From Patescibacteria group bacterium (GTDB lineage Bacteria > Patescibacteriota > Minisyncoccia > Phycocordibacterales > UBA9973): a DNA stretch of 64,000 nt. The stretch spans positions 211,388 to 275,387 of the forward strand of contig JAGWUB010000002.1 of NCBI GenBank assembly GCA_028868715.1, in the 5' to 3' direction. The notes below the pieces were generated by a model, which was given only the letters and a program-made list of their open reading frames with translations, was not told the origin of the DNA and did not search any database. Both the position numbers and the translations under genes were made by a program. This document shows, piece by piece, positions 45,765 to 55,954 of this stretch. Each line of letters starts with the position of its first letter. Positions within the stretch are counted from its first letter, which is position 1.

Positions 45765-47930
45765 ATGGAACTTTCTGATAAGTTGGAGCTAAAATTTCGC
45801 CTAGATGCAACCCAGAAAAGAGCCTTAAATAAGCTCAAGCTTTTCTCGGTGGCAGATTTACTATTCCACTTCCCTGTCAGGTACAGCGATATAAGCACAG
45901 TGATGAAGGTTTCAGATTTGACACCCGGTGACAATGCTACGGTTTACGGAAAAATATCCAAGCTAAGAACCAAAAAGGCTTTCCGCTCAAAAATACCTAT
46001 GGCTGAAGGTGAGATAGAGGATTTGTCGGGAAAAATAAAAATAACCTGGTTCAACCAAGCATACCTAGCCAAGATGATTAAAAATGGACAAAGTGTAAAG
46101 TTGACTGGCAAAGTCACCCAAGGCAAGAATGGCATCTATTTAGCTAATCCCGAAGTAGAAAAATTGCAAAATATGCCGATTGATTCTCATGATACCCTCT
46201 TTAAAAAAGGTGGCGCAGAAAACAATGAAGGTTTCTCATATCCAATTTACGTAGAAACTCGTGGCATCACGAGTAAATGGTTTTACCACGCAATTGAAAA
46301 GATATTAAAAGAGCACACGCTAGATAATATTGAAGACTATATCCCTCCCGAAATTTTAACAAAATATCATCTACCTACTTTAAAAACGGCGTTAATTTGG
46401 ATTCATAAACCAAAAAATAAAGACGATGCTGAGTCAGCTAGAAAAAGGTTTGCCTTTGAAGAAGTTTTTTGTATCCAGCTAGAACGTCAACACGACAAAT
46501 TTGAATACCGAAAAAATAAATCGTTTCAAATAAAACCAGACAAAGAAGACGTGCAAGATTTCCTAAAACGCTTTCCCTTTGAACCGACCAAATCTCAAAA
46601 AAAATCAATTGAAGTTGCTTTGTCAGATATGGCCAAAAATTTTCCGATGTCACGACTGCTCGAAGGAGACGTGGGCTCTGGTAAGACAGCTGTGGCCGCT
46701 ACGGCTGCTTATGTCGTAGTAAAACAAAGACCTAGTGGACAAACTTTTGGTAATTTAAATGTAGCCTATATGGCCCCGACAGAAATACTAGCTACGCAAC
46801 ACTTTGAATCCTTTATAAAATATTTTAAACACTTGCCGATAAATGTTGGGCTCATCACCGGTTCCGGTTGTAGAAAATTTCCTTCGAAGACAGATCCAAG
46901 TAAATGGACTACTATTTCTCGCGCCCAACTTTTAAAATGGGTAGCCAATGGAGAAATACCGATACTCATCGGCACTCACGCCTTGATCCAAAAAACAGTA
47001 AAATTTAAAAATCTTGCTCTCGTGGTCATTGACGAGCAACACAGATTTGGCACAGCCCAGAGACGCAACCTCGTACGTAAAGACGCCATAGCCCCACACC
47101 TGCTTTCAATGACAGCAACGCCAATCCCCCGCACTTTGGCCCTCACTATCTATGCTGATCTGGATCTATCACTCTTGGACGAAATGCCTCTCGGACGCAA
47201 ACAAATAATTACTGAAATAATTACTCCTAACAAGCGCGATGAAACCTATGAACAAATTCGCACTGAGCTCAAGGCCGGCAGACAGCTCTATGTCATCTGT
47301 CCACGAATCTTTGAGCCAGATCCAGAAAAAGAATTAGCTCTGAATGTAAAATCTGCGGTAGAAGAAGCCAAGCGATTAAAAAAAGAAGTCTTTCGTGAAT
47401 ATGAGATCGGAGTATTGCACAGCAAGATGAGTAAGGAGAAAAAAGAAAAAGTGATGCAGGAATTTACCGAAGGAAAAATCCAAATTCTGTGTGCCACTTC
47501 AGTGGTAGAAGTCGGAGTAAATGTCCCTAATGCCACCATTATAATCATCGAAGGTGCCGAAAGATTTGGACTAGCTCAACTGCACCAGCTACGTGGGCGA
47601 GTAATTAGAAGCTCGCATCAAGCTTATTGCTATATCTTTGCTGACGCTAAGACAGAAAAGACTATTGCTCGTTTAAAAGCCCTCAAAACTGCCAAAAATG
47701 GCTTTGAGCTCGCGGAACTAGACTTATCGCTCCGTGGCGCCGGTGAGCTCGGAGGAACCAAGCAGTGGGGTATAACCGACCTTGGCATGGAAGCCATCAA
47801 GAATATAAAAATGGTGGAAGCCGCCCGTACTGAAGCTATTCGTTTGATAGAAGCTGATCCAGAACTTACTAAATATCCGCTCCTCAAACAAAAAGTTCAC
47901 CAAAAAGCTGGCGAATTTCATTTTGAATAA
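45765..47930 (+). CDS. recG: ATP-dependent DNA helicase RecG
   Basis: N-terminal wedge/OB domain; helicase motifs GDVGSGKT, VIDEQHRFG, TATPIPRT; RecG C-terminal region. Confidence 0.92.
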   Translation: MELSDKLELKFRLDATQKRALNKLKLFSVADLLFHFPVRYSDISTVMKVSDLTPGDNATVYGKISKLRTKKAFRSKIPMAEGEIEDLSGKIKITWFNQAYLAKMIKNGQSVKLTGKVTQGKNGIYLANPEVEKLQNMPIDSHDTLFKKGGAENNEGFSYPIYVETRGITSKWFYHAIEKILKEHTLDNIEDYIPPEILTKYHLPTLKTALIWIHKPKNKDDAESARKRFAFEEVFCIQLERQHDKFEYRKNKSFQIKPDKEDVQDFLKRFPFEPTKSQKKSIEVALSDMAKNFPMSRLLEGDVGSGKTAVAATAAYVVVKQRPSGQTFGNLNVAYMAPTEILATQHFESFIKYFKHLPINVGLITGSGCRKFPSKTDPSKWTTISRAQLLKWVANGEIPILIGTHALIQKTVKFKNLALVVIDEQHRFGTAQRRNLVRKDAIAPHLLSMTATPIPRTLALTIYADLDLSLLDEMPLGRKQIITEIITPNKRDETYEQIRTELKAGRQLYVICPRIFEPDPEKELALNVKSAVEEAKRLKKEVFREYEIGVLHSKMSKEKKEKVMQEFTEGKIQILCATSVVEVGVNVPNATIIIIEGAERFGLAQLHQLRGRVIRSSHQAYCYIFADAKTEKTIARLKALKTAKNGFELAELDLSLRGAGELGGTKQWGITDLGMEAIKNIKMVEAARTEAIRLIEADPELTKYPLLKQKVHQKAGEFHFE

Positions 47931-47962
47931 GACTTGAAATTTTCTGATATATATGTTTTAAT

Positions 47963-48307
47963 ATGACAGGAGGCGGACAAACTAGTATTATATCGATACT
48001 AGGGGATGCCGAAAAGTACATGGCGGAACTAAAAGTACTTCGAGAAATCCTTTCGAAGTCAGTGAACTTCTTTTTTAATTCTCAATTTTGTCTAAATGAT
48101 AAGGAGGTCACTTTCATTTACAAAGAAGACGAGAAGGATGATGGGAAGATCATTGTAACGTTCAAAAAACTTGGAGATTTACCTGGTATATACATAAGCT
48201 GTCGTTCGTGCTGGATGACAAGCAATGGCGTATTTCTTTTCAGTGAAAAGGCAAAATACGATAAGTGTTACGCTTGCTGCCATATACCGAGAGAAATTTT
48301 CAAATAA
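47963..48307 (+). CDS. hypothetical protein with C-terminal Cys cluster (possible zinc ribbon)
   Basis: 114 aa; CRSCW...CYACCH. Confidence 0.4.
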   Translation: MTGGGQTSIISILGDAEKYMAELKVLREILSKSVNFFFNSQFCLNDKEVTFIYKEDEKDDGKIIVTFKKLGDLPGIYISCRSCWMTSNGVFLFSEKAKYDKCYACCHIPREIFK

Positions 48308-48362
48308 ACAATTAAACGATTTATCAAAAAAGACCTGGGGCATCCCGGGCTTTTTTTAATTC

Positions 48363-48920
48363 TTATTGATAACTAGGTTTTATTTCTTCTTCGCCTTCTA
48401 TGTGACTAGAAATGCGCGCTAAGGCATAGAGTAAACTAGATAACCGATTTAAATATTGCCTAGATTCTGCAGAAACGTTTCTTTTCCCTTCTTCTTGCAC
48501 AGCCACTACCCTCCTCTCTGCTCTTCTCGCTAGTGTTCGTGCAAAATCAAACATACCACCTACTTCTGTTGCACCAGAAATAAAAAATGTTTTTATCGGT
48601 GGCAACATTTTTTCAATACCATCCACCAATGCCTCTACTTCTTTTATCTTATCTTCGCTGATGCTCATCTCTGATCCAGCCACTTCGGCCTGAACTATGA
48701 AAAGATTTTGCTGAACCACTAAAATAACATCGGAAAACTTTTGTTCACCTGATTCTATTTTAAAACTCATACCTTTAGTTTTCGCCCGAGTAAAACCAAG
48801 AAAAGAGTTCACTTCATCGAGTGTACCTAGCGCTTCCGCCACAAGTGAACTTTTTGAAACCCGTTGGTCACAACCGAAGGTCTTGGTAGTGCCATCGTCC
48901 CCTTTCCTGGTATACAACAT
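48363..48920 (-). CDS. pduO: PduO-type ATP:cob(I)alamin adenosyltransferase
   Basis: MLYTRKGDDGTTKTFG...LNSFLG matches the PduO-type N-terminus (IYTKTGDKGTTSL). Start placed at the internal ATG (48920), 11 nt after the nrdJ stop. Confidence 0.85.
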   Translation of the reverse strand: MLYTRKGDDGTTKTFGCDQRVSKSSLVAEALGTLDEVNSFLGFTRAKTKGMSFKIESGEQKFSDVILVVQQNLFIVQAEVAGSEMSISEDKIKEVEALVDGIEKMLPPIKTFFISGATEVGGMFDFARTLARRAERRVVAVQEEGKRNVSAESRQYLNRLSSLLYALARISSHIEGEEEIKPSYQ

Positions 48921-48931
48921 AGTTTTTTTAG

Positions 48932-51238
48932 TTAGATCTCGCAGACTCCAGAGACACAAGCAAATTCTTTTGCTCCTACGGTATTGTCAGTAGCCTCGTA
49001 TTGAGAAAGTTTTGAGAAATCAATCTTACCGATAGCTTTTGAACGTCTTTCGTATTCTTCCTTTTTTATTTCTTCATATGGAGCTAGCTGATAGACGTGT
49101 TCTGATCGTGGCAGGAAAGAAAGTCCACCAATCCAATCCCAATTTTCGTAAACGAAATTACCTACAGCTATCCACTCATCTGGGCCAACATAAATAGTTG
49201 CCGATGGATTGTGTTCTACAAAGTGCTCTTTGAGTCTCTTCCATTCCTTCATTAAATCTAAAGCTGAAACTTCATCTTTAAAGATAGCTCCTTGGGGTGC
49301 TTTTACTGGGAATTCCAGAACAAACGTGGTGGCTGTGTCTTCTGATTGCCCGACTTCGGGTAAACATGGCACTCCTTGATCTCGAGCCATTTGCAGTAAT
49401 GTATCAGTGTGAGAAATGCGTACTCGGCGAATAAAATATGGAGCGTACCAAGGGTGCATACCTGAGCCGACTCCTAGGAGCTGACCGGAATTTCCGTGTG
49501 GCTTTACGCAAGTGATCGCAGTAGAAGAATTAATCCCAAAACGTTTTGCATATTTTTTATTTACTTCAACCGAATGTGCTTTTAGAGCGTCCAATACTTT
49601 ATCTTCGCGAACAATCGGATTATCGTAATATCCAGTGAGTGATACTCCGAGCAATCTTTCTTCGTCACAATTTTCTTTCCATTTTTTTGAAAGATAACCA
49701 AAATTAGTTAAGGTAGATTGATATGTTCCAAGTAAGGTAGCGAGTTCTATCTTTCTCTTTAGTGTCGCTGCTGTGTCTTTTGGACGGATGACTATACTGG
49801 TTAAATTACAAAATTGCTTTGATCTCAAATAAATTTCTCCGCAAGGATTTAATCCGATCTGTCTTTCGTCTTTGATAGCTGCCCATCTACGCGCTGGTAC
49901 TTGTTTCTCTAGTCCTGCTCGGTTGAAAATTCCACGCTCACCAGATTTTGATTTTACAAGTGCAGTCCACTCATCCAAGAATTCTTCTGCTCCAGGCTTT
50001 GCATTATAAACTGCAGAATTATTTGCCATAGCTCTCTGACCTTCAGTGAGATAAAATTGTCCTTTCTTTGAGTCTCGCATTTCTGTATCTTCAAGTTCGG
50101 AAAGAGAGATGAGTGCGCTACGTCGTACTCCTCCGGCGACAACGATCAAACCGATCTGGCAGATGATATCGTGCATATCTAAGTTTGAAAGTCTTCTACC
50201 TTGTTTAGATAAAATTTTACGTTTAGAAAATTCCATCAAGTCCATTAGTGGTTGCGGTCCGGAAGCTTTACCTCCAGCTGTTTCTAGACGTGAACCAGCT
50301 GGTCTGATCATTCCATAATCAAACTTCACATCTCTGCCATCAAACCAAGCATTTAATCCCAAAACAAAAGCATCCGCCCAACCTTCTTTACTATCTACGA
50401 CTACGTGCGTCGGAGCTTTTTCTTTTATTTGTTTCTTGATTTGTGGAAATTTTTGAACATTTTCCCATTCAACTGCAAAGCCAAGCCCTGCTCCACACAT
50501 AGAGACATACATGATCTCGCCAAGGTCTTGGGTGCAGGTAGGAGCAATATATGAACAATTATAAGCCCAAACATTAGACTGACGACAAGCTTTGCCAGCA
50601 GACCATAAAAGTCGCATAGATGGGCAAATATCTTGATTTAAGATAGCTTCTCTGACGTCTTCATACTCTTTAGCGGTAAGTTTGTTTCCGAGGTTCTCCT
50701 TCATGTAAGCCATGTAGCGATCAATAGTTTCTATCCATGTCTCACGACGGCCAAGCTCTGGAATCCAACGAGAATAAAATTGGTAGAAAATATATTCTGA
50801 GTAAGGGCTTGAAAAATATTTACTAGATTCTTCGACAGCAAGACGAACTGCTTCTGGTACTGGACCAAATTCTGCTCGAAGAAGAGAACGCTTGTTACGA
50901 TAAAGTATGTAGCTCTTGGCTGTAGCGGTAAAATCATTTTTCATCAACTCTTTTTCTACAAAATCTTGGACTATCTCAACTGTGGGCAAAAATTTTGCAC
51001 CCTTGTGTTTGTTTACTAACTCAGTCCGCAATTCGAGAAGGTTTTTAAAAACACTATTAGCTACCTTGTGAGATTCAGTTTCTCCACCTTCACCTGTGAC
51101 TTCAAAAGCTTTAGAAATGGCTCCAGCGATAATTTCTAAATCAAAAGGAATTACCTCCCCGCTTCTCTTGCGAATTGATTTTATTTTTGATAATTCGCTT
51201 TTTGAAATTTTTTCTTTTGTTTTTGTTTTTGTTGTCAT
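48932..51238 (-). CDS. nrdJ: class II (adenosylcobalamin-dependent) ribonucleotide reductase NrdJ with N-terminal ATP-cone
   Basis: NPCGEIYLRSKQFCNLTSI (NPCGE thiyl-radical Cys plus CNL) is the class II hallmark. N-terminal ATP-cone-like segment; C-terminal Cys pair ACVSGVC. Confidence 0.85.
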   Translation of the reverse strand: MTTKTKTKEKISKSELSKIKSIRKRSGEVIPFDLEIIAGAISKAFEVTGEGGETESHKVANSVFKNLLELRTELVNKHKGAKFLPTVEIVQDFVEKELMKNDFTATAKSYILYRNKRSLLRAEFGPVPEAVRLAVEESSKYFSSPYSEYIFYQFYSRWIPELGRRETWIETIDRYMAYMKENLGNKLTAKEYEDVREAILNQDICPSMRLLWSAGKACRQSNVWAYNCSYIAPTCTQDLGEIMYVSMCGAGLGFAVEWENVQKFPQIKKQIKEKAPTHVVVDSKEGWADAFVLGLNAWFDGRDVKFDYGMIRPAGSRLETAGGKASGPQPLMDLMEFSKRKILSKQGRRLSNLDMHDIICQIGLIVVAGGVRRSALISLSELEDTEMRDSKKGQFYLTEGQRAMANNSAVYNAKPGAEEFLDEWTALVKSKSGERGIFNRAGLEKQVPARRWAAIKDERQIGLNPCGEIYLRSKQFCNLTSIVIRPKDTAATLKRKIELATLLGTYQSTLTNFGYLSKKWKENCDEERLLGVSLTGYYDNPIVREDKVLDALKAHSVEVNKKYAKRFGINSSTAITCVKPHGNSGQLLGVGSGMHPWYAPYFIRRVRISHTDTLLQMARDQGVPCLPEVGQSEDTATTFVLEFPVKAPQGAIFKDEVSALDLMKEWKRLKEHFVEHNPSATIYVGPDEWIAVGNFVYENWDWIGGLSFLPRSEHVYQLAPYEEIKKEEYERRSKAIGKIDFSKLSQYEATDNTVGAKEFACVSGVCEI

Positions 51239-51243
51239 GGGAT

Positions 51244-51798
51244 TTAAATTATTTTAGGGTTAAGAATATTAATGGAAGATACTACCGACTTTCGTTTCCT
51301 TTTTTTTATCAGAAACTTATATATGGCGGGAGATAAAACTAAAGCAAAAGAAATGTTTCCCAAGAGATGCAGTGCGGTAAATGGAATCTGTCCGACGAGT
51401 GTAGTCAGAAACGATTGATGGAAGAACAATGGACCGATAGTTAAGCCCGTCACAGCATCAAAAAACAAAGTTCCAATGATTGCAAAACGCACGTAACTCC
51501 ATCTGTCTGAATTATGCTTCTTAAAATAACTTGCAGACCAAAAACCTATTACTCCATAAGCTCCAGTGGTAAATAAAGTTTGCAAACCAAGTGTTCCAGT
51601 TAATACATCGTAGAGTAAAATACTTAAAACGGCAAAAGAAAAACCCGCAAGGGCTCCATAGTACTTACTAAATGGCATAGTGGTCGCTAATATTGGTTCA
51701 ATATTTGGTGCGCGTAGCGGAAGAAGTCGTACGAGAAGACACAAGACAAGTCCAACTGTAAATTTAAAATAATTTTTTTTGCCTGAATCCATAGACAA
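51244..51798 (-). CDS. ECF-transporter S-component-like 6-TM membrane protein (substrate unknown; B12 candidate by context)
   Basis: 184 aa with 5-6 TM helices and the size/topology of an ECF S component. It is the first gene of the nrdJ-pduO operon. Confidence 0.45.
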   Translation of the reverse strand: MSMDSGKKNYFKFTVGLVLCLLVRLLPLRAPNIEPILATTMPFSKYYGALAGFSFAVLSILLYDVLTGTLGLQTLFTTGAYGVIGFWSASYFKKHNSDRWSYVRFAIIGTLFFDAVTGLTIGPLFFHQSFLTTLVGQIPFTALHLLGNISFALVLSPAIYKFLIKKRKRKSVVSSINILNPKII

Positions 51799-51804
51799 CC
51801 ATTA

Positions 51805-51840
51805 TACACGAAACCAGACCCCTTATGTAAAGTGGATAAC
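51805..51840 (-). promoter_or_regulatory. sigma70-type promoter with extended -10 (TGTATAAT) for the ECF-S/nrdJ/pduO operon
   Basis: On the minus strand, TTACAT-N18-TGTATAAT ends 8 nt before the ATG, implying a leaderless or near-leaderless mRNA. Confidence 0.45.
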
Positions 51841-52053
51841 CCTGATTTTTTGCTAATTTTGACGAAAAATTATTTTAAGCAACATCGAAAAAAATAAAAC
51901 AAGATGCAGTCCAGAACCTCTAGGGTTGGCAACAGTTTTTAAGTCACAATTTTTTTTATTTTTGTAAAACTAGCTGTATTGACAACACTAATAATGTAAT
52001 TTCTAATATAAAATTACGAATTCTGGGATAGATTTTTGGGTTGGCTCAATTTT

Positions 52054-52130
52054 TGGTGCGCGTGCCACGATTCGAACGTGGGACCCTCGAGGTATAAGCT
52101 CGATGCTCTAACCAACTGAGCTACACGCGC
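52054..52130 (-). tRNA. tRNA-Ile (anticodon UAU), CCA encoded
   Basis: GCGCGTGTAGCTCAGTTGGTTAGAGCATCGAGCTTATACCTCGAGGGTCCCACGTTCGAATCGTGGCACGCGCACCA. Anticodon stem TCGAG/CTCGA, loop CTTATAC. Confidence 0.8.
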
Positions 52131-52189
52131 ATACAGAAATACAATATCTCATTTTCGCATTAAAAACAATATAAAAAACAACAAGAATC

Positions 52190-54124
52190 TTAAAGAAGAG
52201 ATTCTTCAGTCGGAGCTATAATTTCTTTTTTCTTTAGCAGAATGCCATGAGCAGTTAGAATTTTCTCATATTCCTCTTGTTCTAGAGTTTCTACTTCGAT
52301 GAGCTTGTGAGCTATGGCTGTAAATGCTTTTTTATTTTCCGCTAAAACTTTTTCTGCAGTCTTCAATCCATCATTTACGATTCTCTTAACCTCAGCATCA
52401 ACTTGGGTAGAGACATTTTCAGAATATTCTTTTTCTACAACTTCTCCATATTGAGTTCGGGTGCTTCCGCCCAAAGTAATCGGACCGATAACATCCGACA
52501 TCCCCCACCGCGTGACCATAGAGCGAGCGAGATTTGTCGCTACTTGTAAATCACTTGATGGTCCGGTAGTAATATCGCCGAACATCATCTGCTCTGCCGC
52601 ATATCCACCGAGTGACATGGCGATGTCATCTATGAATTCTTTTTTTGATTGCAGACGTCTTTCTTCAAGTGGTAATTTCAAAGTGTATCCTCCAGCATTT
52701 CCGCGAGCGATGATAGAAACTTTATGTACTGGATCAGCATAAGGCAAGACTGAAGCAACCAGCGCATGACCCGCTTCGTGATACGCAGTAATTTCTTTTT
52801 CTTTTTTAGAAAGTAAATGACTTTTGCGTTCAGGCCCAAGCATAACTTTTTCAATCGCCCGAATCAGATCAAATTGAAAAACTTTTTTACGATTCTCACG
52901 TGCAGCCAAAATTGCCCCTTCATTCATTAGAGAATATAAATCAGCGCCAGAAAATCCTGGAGTGCGTTCCGCAATTAATTTTAAATTAATATCTTCAGCT
53001 AATGGTTTTTTTACCGCATAAATTTCCAAGATTGCTTCGCGGTCAGCGCGATCAGGTAAATCCAAAATTACTTTTCTATCAAAACGTCCAGGACGAACAA
53101 GTGCTGGGTCGAGCACATCTGGTCTATTGGTAGCGGCCATGACTATAACTTTATCGTTTGGCTCAAAACCATCCATTTCTACTAGTATTTGATTTAAGGT
53201 CTGCTCTCGTTCGTCGTTTCCTCCTCCAAATCCCCCACCACGAATTCGTCCGATGGCATCTATTTCATCCACAAATATAATGGCTGGAGCGGATTTTTTG
53301 GCCATTTTAAACAAATCTCTTACTCTTGAGGCTCCAACGCCCACAAACATTTCCACAAATTCACTACCTGACAAATGGAAAAATGGTACTGAAGCTTCAC
53401 CAGCCACAGCTCGAGCAAGTAGGGTCTTGCCTGTGCCAGGAGAGCCGGTCAACATCACACCCTTGGGAATCCTAGCTCCTATATCCAAAAATTTCTTTGG
53501 GCTTTTCAGAAAGTCTACGATTTCTTTTAATTCTTCCTTAGCTTCTTTACATCCAGCGACATCTTTGAAAGTTACTCGGCTATTTTTATCATTCGGATCA
53601 GTGATACGCGCCTTGGATTGCCCAAAAGTCATAGCCTGCATTCCTGCACCTTTTACTTGGCGCGAAATATACCAAAAGAAAATTACAATAAATAAAATCG
53701 GTAATAGAAACGGTAGAATATTTAAAAGCCAGAAACTAAATCCGTTCTCATCTTTTATTTGGATATCAGTTTGGGCGAGTGCCTCACTGGTGACACCATA
53801 ATTAAAAAGTGTTTGCGAAAGTGCTGAGCCGACTTCTTTTTTAGATGTTTTTACTTGGTCGTCAATGTAAGTGATAGAAAGATTGTCCCCCTCAACAACA
53901 ATTTTCTTAACTTCTCCAGCAGAAACACTTTTAGCTAAATCAGAAATTGAAACCTCGGGAATAGTTTTTCCGCTTCCACTTATTACTAAGTAAAGTGCGG
54001 CGATGATCATAAAAATAAATAAAGCCCCAGCAATACTAGTGGAAAGTTTTGTTTCCTTTTTACCATCTTTACCTCCGCCTTTATTGTTTTGTCCGATTTT
54101 TTTCTTTAAAGAATTGAAATCCAT
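52190..54124 (-). CDS. ftsH: ATP-dependent zinc metalloprotease FtsH
   Basis: Two N-terminal TMs; AAA module ([13 protein letters not shown]); HEAGHA zinc site. Confidence 0.95.
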   Translation of the reverse strand: MDFNSLKKKIGQNNKGGGKDGKKETKLSTSIAGALFIFMIIAALYLVISGSGKTIPEVSISDLAKSVSAGEVKKIVVEGDNLSITYIDDQVKTSKKEVGSALSQTLFNYGVTSEALAQTDIQIKDENGFSFWLLNILPFLLPILFIVIFFWYISRQVKGAGMQAMTFGQSKARITDPNDKNSRVTFKDVAGCKEAKEELKEIVDFLKSPKKFLDIGARIPKGVMLTGSPGTGKTLLARAVAGEASVPFFHLSGSEFVEMFVGVGASRVRDLFKMAKKSAPAIIFVDEIDAIGRIRGGGFGGGNDEREQTLNQILVEMDGFEPNDKVIVMAATNRPDVLDPALVRPGRFDRKVILDLPDRADREAILEIYAVKKPLAEDINLKLIAERTPGFSGADLYSLMNEGAILAARENRKKVFQFDLIRAIEKVMLGPERKSHLLSKKEKEITAYHEAGHALVASVLPYADPVHKVSIIARGNAGGYTLKLPLEERRLQSKKEFIDDIAMSLGGYAAEQMMFGDITTGPSSDLQVATNLARSMVTRWGMSDVIGPITLGGSTRTQYGEVVEKEYSENVSTQVDAEVKRIVNDGLKTAEKVLAENKKAFTAIAHKLIEVETLEQEEYEKILTAHGILLKKKEIIAPTEESLL

Positions 54125-54174
54125 ACAAAAATTATAGCATAAAAAAATAATAAAATCTATGGTAAGATTAAATC

Positions 54175-54618
54175 ATGGCTAACTATGCGGAAAATCGAAA
54201 AGCTCGTTTCAACTATGAAATTTTAGAAAAGTACGAATCCGGTATTGAACTTTTGGGGACCGAAGTTAAATCTGTGAGAAGTGGACAGATGTCCTTGGAT
54301 GGTTCTTTTGTAATTGTCCGCGGAGGTGAAGTATTTTTAATAAATGCCAACATTCCACCATATCAAATAAAAAATGCTCCAAAGGACTACGACCCACTAC
54401 GCAATAGAAAACTTTTACTAACTAAAAAAGAAATAAAAGAACTCACTGGCAGTGAGAAAACAAACTTGACGATTGTGCCTCTTTCAGTGTATAATAAAGC
54501 TAGAAAAATCAAAGTAAGCATTGCTTTAGTTAAAGGCAAGAAAAAATTTGATAAACGTGAGACTCTCAAAAAACGCGATACTGATCGCGAGATCAGAAGA
54601 GAATATCGGGGAAAATAA
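54175..54618 (+). CDS. smpB: SsrA-binding protein SmpB
   Basis: RKARFNYEILEKYESGIELLGTEVKS...LLLTKKEI SmpB pattern; basic C-terminal tail. Confidence 0.9.
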   Translation: MANYAENRKARFNYEILEKYESGIELLGTEVKSVRSGQMSLDGSFVIVRGGEVFLINANIPPYQIKNAPKDYDPLRNRKLLLTKKEIKELTGSEKTNLTIVPLSVYNKARKIKVSIALVKGKKKFDKRETLKKRDTDREIRREYRGK

Positions 54619-54640
54619 AAGGACGTTGAAAATACAATAT

Positions 54641-55037
54641 GGGGATGCAAGGCATAGACAGTAGGCCTCTTGTTATTGATGCATACCGAGCATGGACGTA
54701 ATCTCGTAAAAATTCGTCTAAATGTTAATTGCAAAATTAGCTTCTAAGGTGAAAGCTTCAGTTTCTCCATACTTCGGTATGAATGAATTCGCTTTCGCTC
54801 TAGCTTAACTTAGGTTCGGCTAGTGTCTCTCTTATAGACTTCCGATATATAAGATGGGGCAACATATTATCGGGATAGTTCCCTCGCCTGTTCCGACGAG
54901 AGAGCAAAACAAAGGAACTCGATTAAAAAATATTTGGCTCGCTTAAGAATTTTTTAATTAAAACCAAAAAGCGTGCTACGTATGTAGACTTCTTTACAAT
55001 AACCTTCTGCACGGGGATTCAATTTCCCCCATCTCCA
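54641..55037 (+). ncRNA. ssrA: tmRNA (SsrA), one-piece
   Basis: Starts GGGGATG... and ends with a tRNA-like T-arm GGGGA-TTCAATT-TCCCC plus acceptor CATCTCC-A. Acceptor pairing gives the G3-U70 alanine identity pair. Candidate tag frame ...GMNEFAFALA* ends TAA around 54829-54831. Lies 23 nt after smpB. Confidence 0.8.
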
Positions 55038-55079
55038 CTATTTATAGCCCAAAGGATAATTTTTTGATATATTTACATC

Positions 55080-55364
55080 ATGAAGGAAGAAAGCCCATTA
55101 AAACGAATTCTGAAAACCGAATTTAAACAAGGCCTTGGGCCAAATTGGAACGGAATAAAACAATACCTAAATTACCCAAAATTTCCCAGTCGTGCTAAAA
55201 ATTTTAAATTAGAACTCGCCGATGCGATTTTAAATCACTCTATCAGTAGAGAAGAATTTGAACTTTTGACAGCAGTAGATCAAGATACCCAAGCTGATGT
55301 TGATCAGTTTTTAATTGAAGAAATCTGGAAACCTTTATATGGGGATGAACCAATTTCTATCTAA
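55080..55364 (+). CDS. hypothetical protein
   Basis: 94-aa ORF between tmRNA and infC. Confidence 0.4.
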   Translation: MKEESPLKRILKTEFKQGLGPNWNGIKQYLNYPKFPSRAKNFKLELADAILNHSISREEFELLTAVDQDTQADVDQFLIEEIWKPLYGDEPISI

Positions 55365-55441
55365 ATAAAGACATTCCACCATTAGTTGACTTTGTAGCCT
55401 AAATACGCTATATTTTAGTAGTTAAATACTATATATACCAA

Positions 55442-55948
55442 TTGCGTGAAAGAATAAACAACCAAATACGGGCTTCGGAACTGCGGGTTTTAGACAGTGA
55501 AAATAAAAATCTCGGTGTTTTAAGTATAAGAGATGCTCTAGAATTAGCCCAAAGTAAGGGTTTAGACTTGATTGAAACAGGCCCAAACTCCGTTCCCCCA
55601 CTCGCAAAGATAATGGATTTTGGTAAATATAAGTATGAGGCAAGTAAGAAATTAAAGAAGCAAAAAAGTACGGCAAAACATACTGAAACCAAATTGGTTC
55701 AAATAAAAATAGGTACGGGAGACCATGACCTAGAACTGAAGGCCAAAACTGTTTCGAAATGGTTAAAAGAAGGTCATAGGATTAAAATTGAACTTTTCTT
55801 AGCTGGACGCGCTAAATACATGGATGAAAAATTCCTAAAAGAGCGTTTGGATAGAATACTTCACTTAATCACTGAAGATTATAAAATATCAGACGCATAT
55901 AAAAAGGGTCCAAAAGGTTTAACTACCACAATAGAAAAATCAAAATAA
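55442..55948 (+). CDS. infC: translation initiation factor IF-3 (non-AUG start)
   Basis: RINNQIRASELRVL...LGVLSIRDALELAQSKGLDLIE matches the IF3 N and C domains. The in-frame region upstream is open from 55403 with ATA/ATT/TTG candidates; TTG at 55442 is used. Confidence 0.85.
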   Translation: MRERINNQIRASELRVLDSENKNLGVLSIRDALELAQSKGLDLIETGPNSVPPLAKIMDFGKYKYEASKKLKKQKSTAKHTETKLVQIKIGTGDHDLELKAKTVSKWLKEGHRIKIELFLAGRAKYMDEKFLKERLDRILHLITEDYKISDAYKKGPKGLTTTIEKSK

Positions 55949-55954
55949 AAATTT

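Noticed and set aside
51799-52050. Possible second cobalamin riboswitch upstream of the ECF-S/nrdJ/pduO operon
   Set aside because: The minus-strand leader lacks the GGGAA...GGUG...CCGCNAC core. An extended -10 lies 8 nt before the ATG, so there is essentially no leader.
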